A stretch of DNA of 64,000 nucleotides. Source: an uncultured Methanosarcinaceae archaeon (GTDB taxonomy: Archaea; Halobacteriota; Methanosarcinia; Methanosarcinales; Methanosarcinaceae). The stretch covers positions 1-64,000 of the forward strand of contig CAWHXP010000011.1 in NCBI GenBank assembly GCA_963833425.1. Direction: 5' to 3'. Of the stretch, positions 59,252 to 64,000 are shown in pieces. The notes under the pieces are model-generated. The model saw nothing but the letters and a program-made list of their open reading frames with translations, made no database searches and had not been told where the DNA came from. Each line of letters opens with the position of its first letter. Within the stretch, counting starts at the first letter, position 1. Made by a program: the position numbers and the translations under genes.

Positions 59252-59605
59252 TCAATTTGAGAAATTATCCATTTCGCACCATTTGAATTCCCCTTCCCAA
59301 ACCTTTACCTTCAGAGGAAAACCGAACCGTTCCAGAAGGTTTGAGTGAATTCTCTGGCAGACATATTCAGAACTAGGGAACTCTATTAATTCGTTTAATA
59401 AAATATGATCATACTCCTGAAGAGTTTCTTTTAAGCCACTTTTCAGGTCGTAAAAATCAATTATCATCCCATTTTCCTGTATTTCACCCTCTATTAAGAC
59501 CTCTATTTTATAAGTGTGGCCATGCACTTTGCCACATTTTCCATGTCCTGGAAGGTAATGGGCACTGTCTATGTAGTCAATGATTCCCAATCTCATTTTT
59601 GTCAT
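59252..59605 (-). CDS. queD: 6-carboxy-5,6,7,8-tetrahydropterin synthase
   Basis: DSAHYL, CGKVHGHTY, GMIIDF, YDH.LLNE, PSSE, VWEG. Confidence 0.9.
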   Translation of the reverse strand: MTKMRLGIIDYIDSAHYLPGHGKCGKVHGHTYKIEVLIEGEIQENGMIIDFYDLKSGLKETLQEYDHILLNELIEFPSSEYVCQRIHSNLLERFGFPLKVKVWEGEFKWCEMDNFSN

Positions 59606-59790
59606 CCTATATACTCCATTTCAGTCAAGCAGCTTTTCTATTATGTTATTCCCTCTCAAATTCTTCCCTCATTAAGAAATTTTTTGTTATTTTTTGGGTT
59701 TTGACTTGATTGCAGTAAATTGCTAGTTTAATTAAAGGTAACTTTTGGCCATCCCACAGGATTTAAAAGTATCTTTATTAATAATATCGG

Positions 59791-60558
59791 CTATAAGCAT
59801 CCCCACATCCTGTGGGTCTGAGGGATGATTCGTGTGTCTGTAAGTTCAAGCAAGTTTTTCTGCAGTTCCAGAATTTTTTGTACTGAAGCTTTAGTAAACT
59901 GCTGAGTTGTTGCCACGTTGCCAATTGGGGTTTCGGGCTGGAGAATTAAACAAGATACATACGTTGCTATAGCCTCTGCGGCCATGATCACGGTTTCGAA
60001 TTTAGTGTTTCTGCTTACAACTATTTTGCAAAAACAGTCTCTTGAATTAGTTTTTTTCAGGTGCATGAAGCATTCGATTGAATTTTTAACATGGACTTCC
60101 CAGTTATCTGGGTTACTATTCTGAATGGTTTCAGGAAGTTTGAAATCCCCGGCAACATAAGTGACCTTTTCACTAATTTTTCTGGCCTGTTTAGGTAGGG
60201 TCATATTGGATTCCAAGTAAAGGGGTAATGACAAATTTAGTTTTTCTATGAAATCTGCATTCAAGAGAGGTTCTCCTCCTGTAAGGGACACTGAATGAAT
60301 CTTTTTGAAAGGCTGCAGCATAGTTTCCAGTTTTTCGATACTTACAGGGTTATGAATTTTTTCAAAGTTTCCACTTCCTTCTATCTTCTCGTAATCGCAG
60401 GTCTCTATATTTGCAAAATTTGTATCACAATAGTTACAATTGAGGTTGCAACCTGAAAAGCGGACGAAAGCCTGCCTTGCGCCTACATATGGGCCTTCGC
60501 CCTGTACAGAGCAGAAGACCTCCTTTATAGGAGCAAATTTATAGTCTGAAGTGGACAC
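59791..60558 (-). CDS. queE: 7-carboxy-7-deazaguanine synthase (radical SAM)
   Basis: SVQGEG, FVRFSGCNLNCNYCDT, SLTGGEPLL, ILQP, RIIPQTH. Confidence 0.9.
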   Translation of the reverse strand: MSTSDYKFAPIKEVFCSVQGEGPYVGARQAFVRFSGCNLNCNYCDTNFANIETCDYEKIEGSGNFEKIHNPVSIEKLETMLQPFKKIHSVSLTGGEPLLNADFIEKLNLSLPLYLESNMTLPKQARKISEKVTYVAGDFKLPETIQNSNPDNWEVHVKNSIECFMHLKKTNSRDCFCKIVVSRNTKFETVIMAAEAIATYVSCLILQPETPIGNVATTQQFTKASVQKILELQKNLLELTDTRIIPQTHRMWGCL

Positions 60559-60970
60559 CTATACAACTCCCATGTTGCTAAATTTCCTAAGATTCTTTTC
60601 AATATACTCCAACTCACAGATTTGAACTCATCCTACCGCTGATATGAAGTTTTAAATTTTTTTATCGCCTCTTATGCGGTCTTCTGTCATATTTTTCATA
60701 GATGTCTTGAAAAAAGTTAATTTCTTAATGAATCTTCTGGGAAACTGCATAGGTGCTGGCTGACAGATACTACTAGTTCTTTCCTAAAATGAAACTGTCA
60801 TCTCCATAGTATGCAGTTTGTACTCCAATCCAAACAAGCTTTATAAAAGGGCGATAAAAATGCGCTGCTGCGCACAACCAGCTTCAGATAGATGGAGTCA
60901 AATTGTTCGATGATAAAACTTACCCATATATTCATTGACTCTTTGTTCATCCGTCTTCAAGGTCAATCAT
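60559..60970 (-). pseudogene. Degraded DUF366-like gene upstream of queE
   Basis: FIIEQFDS..LKL..AQQRIF, GDD, IEKNLRKFSNMGVV* abutting queE start. Confidence 0.55.
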
Positions 60971-61999
60971 ATATTCTATTTTTATGTTATATGCATCTCT
61001 GCATACTACAACAAAGTTTTTTAAACTCTAAGAATATTGTAGCTTAGTGAATGGAGATCTAGTCAAATTTGCTAGGCAAGAAAATTTACTTCATATGCTT
61101 TTTTGTAGTTTCTGATGTAATGCGTTTTGTTTCAATTTTTCTTCCATTTTATATTCCCAGCTTTTCCTAAAAGAATTCTTTGTACATATATTTTAAAATG
61201 CATATGCTGAGCATCCAGCTTTCATAGTCTCCGTAGGGAAATTCCCTTCCAAAATAGCAACTCTAGCCGTGCTTAAGGGAGATTTTTACTTCCAGAATAT
61301 TTTTGACTATTATGTTATTTCAAGTTTTATTAGGGGGTTGTACAGTTACTTATTCTGTTTGGGCAGTAAAAGATATATCTACTGCTTGCGCATGGACCAG
61401 GATTTGCAAGTGAAAGTTTCGGCCTAATATTCCTTAAAACAATTATATTGTCATCAAATTAGCTGCTTTCGGTAAAAGCTCACGCGATATTGAGCATCAG
61501 ACATTTCTGGTAGGGAATTAAAAGGACTTTACTGAAGCTCCTGTGATGTATTTAGAGATCACTTAATCAAATTTTCTAAATATAACTAAGGAAGTTCAGC
61601 ACTCCTAATTGATCTGAGTGATCGCCTTATTTATGAAAGCCGTTGCGACTTGATGATATATGCTCGATTTCGGATAGCCACATCTTTTTGAAAATATTCA
61701 ATTTCCCTTTTCCTGTCAATCTATTTTTTATCAAAAGTTATTCCTATATCAACGTCGCAACTTTGAATCGCAATTCCAAGTGCTGCAAATGAATCAAGCT
61801 CGTTAGTCGAGAGGTTATAGTTTTCATTTTTGAATAAAGATTTGAATTCACTATTTTGAGTTATTTATCCTCCATAAATTTCTTTACATCCATTATTCCA
61901 GGATCCCTTGGATATTCTTAAGAGATTATCCTGATAATACCTAACCCATATTTAAAAGTAGCTGTTTTCTGGGCTTTTGTAAAGGAGTCTGGAATTATA

Positions 62000-62860
62000 G
62001 ACAATTTCGATAATTTTTACTAATGAAAACTCTTACTGATCTTGTTCTTAAGAAGACCCCAAAAGTCTCCGGTAAGTTGGGAACAAACTTGCTGAATTGA
62101 TTCTTTATTTGATTGGAATTTTTTTACGTATCATTTTTGGGTCCATATATTTCAAAAAAATGGATCCCAAAGTAGATCTGAAACGGAAATAGTAATTATG
62201 TTTGAGATGTTTGTTTTGTAGCAAACGTGGGGTCTTTCATACTTTGAAAGTGAACAAAAAATTTATTGATCGAATTTCTTTCAGGGAATTACTTGGTTTT
62301 CTCGAATACATCGTAGACAGTAACACATTTTTGTAATTCAGAAAGAAATTATTTATAACTGAAAAGAAGAAAAATGTGGAGGCATTTTAAAGCCAACTTT
62401 ATTTCCGTGATTTGAAAATATAAAAGGGAATGTTTCAGGAATCTACTTTTATCCATTCGGATTCGCATGCTAAATCAGATAAACCTCGAAAAAAAAGCAA
62501 AAACAAGAATTTTCAGAGACGGTGCTTGGACAAAAAAGGTAGAAAGCAACACTTTGGATATAAGCTTCATAGCATAATAGACACGGATTATGGATTGATC
62601 AGAAGATCCAAAACAACAACGTCATTACGTCATGATTTATAGGTAGATTTATTAGAAAAAAATGAAATGGTTTAGAGATTCAGATATATCTTGGAGCAAA
62701 ACCAAAAGGTTATGATGCAACAATGAAAAAAAACAGTAAAAAATCAGTATTTAAGGAGTAATATATTAGAAACAGGACGATTAGCTCAAAAATAACTATG
62801 GGGATGAATTTCTGCAATAACTAAATAATATTCAAAGTAGGATAAGTTCTTGACACTAGT
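62000..62860 (+). mobile_element. Highly degenerate near-full-length IS5-family element
   Basis: Colinear with 12037 element plus the region deleted there (KKG..HFGYKLHSIIDTDYGLIRR..TT...HD). Confidence 0.75.
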
Positions 62861-63084
62861 GTTTACAGAGTGAATCTGAAGATGTTGTGTACAGCTTTTT
62901 GTTATAATCTCGATCATTTGATGACATTGAAAATAAAAGAAGTATTATTAGGTATAGGTGAACTATCTTTAAATTCGAAGAATGATGAGCCAGATAAAGA
63001 ATAGAGTCAAACACATAAATTAATGAGAACGATTTGGACAATGTTCTCTCGAAGAAAAAAAATTGGAGTAGGCTAAAATCCTCT

Positions 63085-63200
63085 ATTTTGTATCTATACT
63101 TAGGTACTAATACTTTGTGATAGGTTGTCTGACAATTGCCACGGCTAAAGCTGTTAAATCCCACTTTTTTGTATAACATTTTTGTAAGATGTGGGTGGCA
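63085..63200 (-). mobile_element. IS200 TnpA N-terminal fragment
   Basis: SFSRGNCQTTYHKVLVPKYRYKI resembles YHIVxxPKYR. Confidence 0.55.
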
Positions 63201-63404
63201 TAACTATGACTATGGTGCCAAAAACATATCCATTTTACAAAGAACCGATTATATAGAGGACAAAAATAGATCCAAAAAGTGAGGGTTCACTTTACCCGCT
63301 GATAAAGAATGAGGTATTCTTGATCTTTCTAATTCCCGACACAATAAGTCGTCAAAGTTCTTTGAAACATTATAGACAAAGCAAAAATCGAAAAGCCCTT
63401 TAAA

Positions 63405-63584
63405 TCACTTTACAAGCGCTTTTGCCGATCTTCTGATGAAGCGTCTCTTGTGACCTGAAGAAGTGAAGCGCTGCGCAGGCCCTGGATGCGCTTTTAGTGC
63501 CTGTGATTTCTGGACCTTAATTACTTTTCCTTTTCTACCTTTTACCTTTACCCAATTGATACTACCGGTTTTGCCCATTATCAT
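63405..63584 (-). CDS. Small basic DUF5350-like protein (not in ORF track)
   Basis: [64 protein letters not shown] upstream. Confidence 0.75.
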   Translation of the reverse strand: MIMGKTGSINWVKVKGRKGKVIKVQKSQALKAHPGPAQRFTSSGHKRRFIRRSAKALVK

Positions 63585-64000
63585 TCCTCTTTAGCTTTCA
63601 ATCTTAATTTTCTATGAATTTATTAATATTTTATCACGTACCGCATTTCCTAGAGTCATCAATTTGTCGATAAACGCTGTCTGTTGCCTTGGATATTTCT
63701 TCTTAGACAGTTTTCAACAAATAAATATTTCTTGATTTTGCAGCTTTAAATTGATGATTTCCAATGATATCTGGAATATTCAAAATATTTTAAAATATGG
63801 AAGTTTGAAATTATAAATATAATTAAGCCTTGGGTTTATCATAAAGAGAAATGCTAGTAATTAAATGTTACGGACATTGGCTGAAAATAGGGTATAAACT
63901 GTGAAAAATGAGAAATGAATACAATGTAAAATCCAATTATTAAAATAGTGTAACCTGAGAACTGAGGAATTTTATTCTAAAAAGATCAATTAGCAAAAAA

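Noticed and set aside
61000..61880. Coding-like minus-strand relic with several stops
   Set aside because: No recognisable family; cannot support a call.

Overview
AT-rich archaeal genomic window, most consistent with a Methanosarcina-type methanogen (inferred from PAS/MEDS/PocR kinase, YVTN/PKD surface proteins, ribose-1,5-bisphosphate isomerase, tRNA without encoded CCA). Intact islands: a sulfur/Fe-S locus (cysE-DUF59 fusion, cysK, Cys-rich HTH regulator, iscS, iscU), a 1305-aa sensor kinase, dedA, a UDG-superfamily glycosylase, TPR proteins, R15P isomerase, a GNAT, tRNA-Arg(CCT), an iron-sulfur flavoprotein, korAB, galT, queD/queE and DUF5350. These lie in heavily decayed DNA: broken larE, thiF/moeB, nadA, metX, bioY, ECF ATPase, USP, DUF488, DUF366, two surface-protein genes, and many IS5/IS6/IS200 remnants and MITEs. 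The best non-obvious signals are (1) a palindromic operator, TTCAC-N4-GTGAA, at five promoters of the sulfur locus, a candidate regulon of the Cys-rich HTH protein; (2) a duplicated, divergently oriented ~230-nt structured non-coding element behind a ~220-300 bp upstream module present in three copies (40.0, 43.2, 44.4 kb); and (3) further structured or repeated non-coding candidates at 9.8, 12.9, 25.2/39.4, 37.9 and 45.9 kb. All family assignments come from motif recognition by eye, not database searches.
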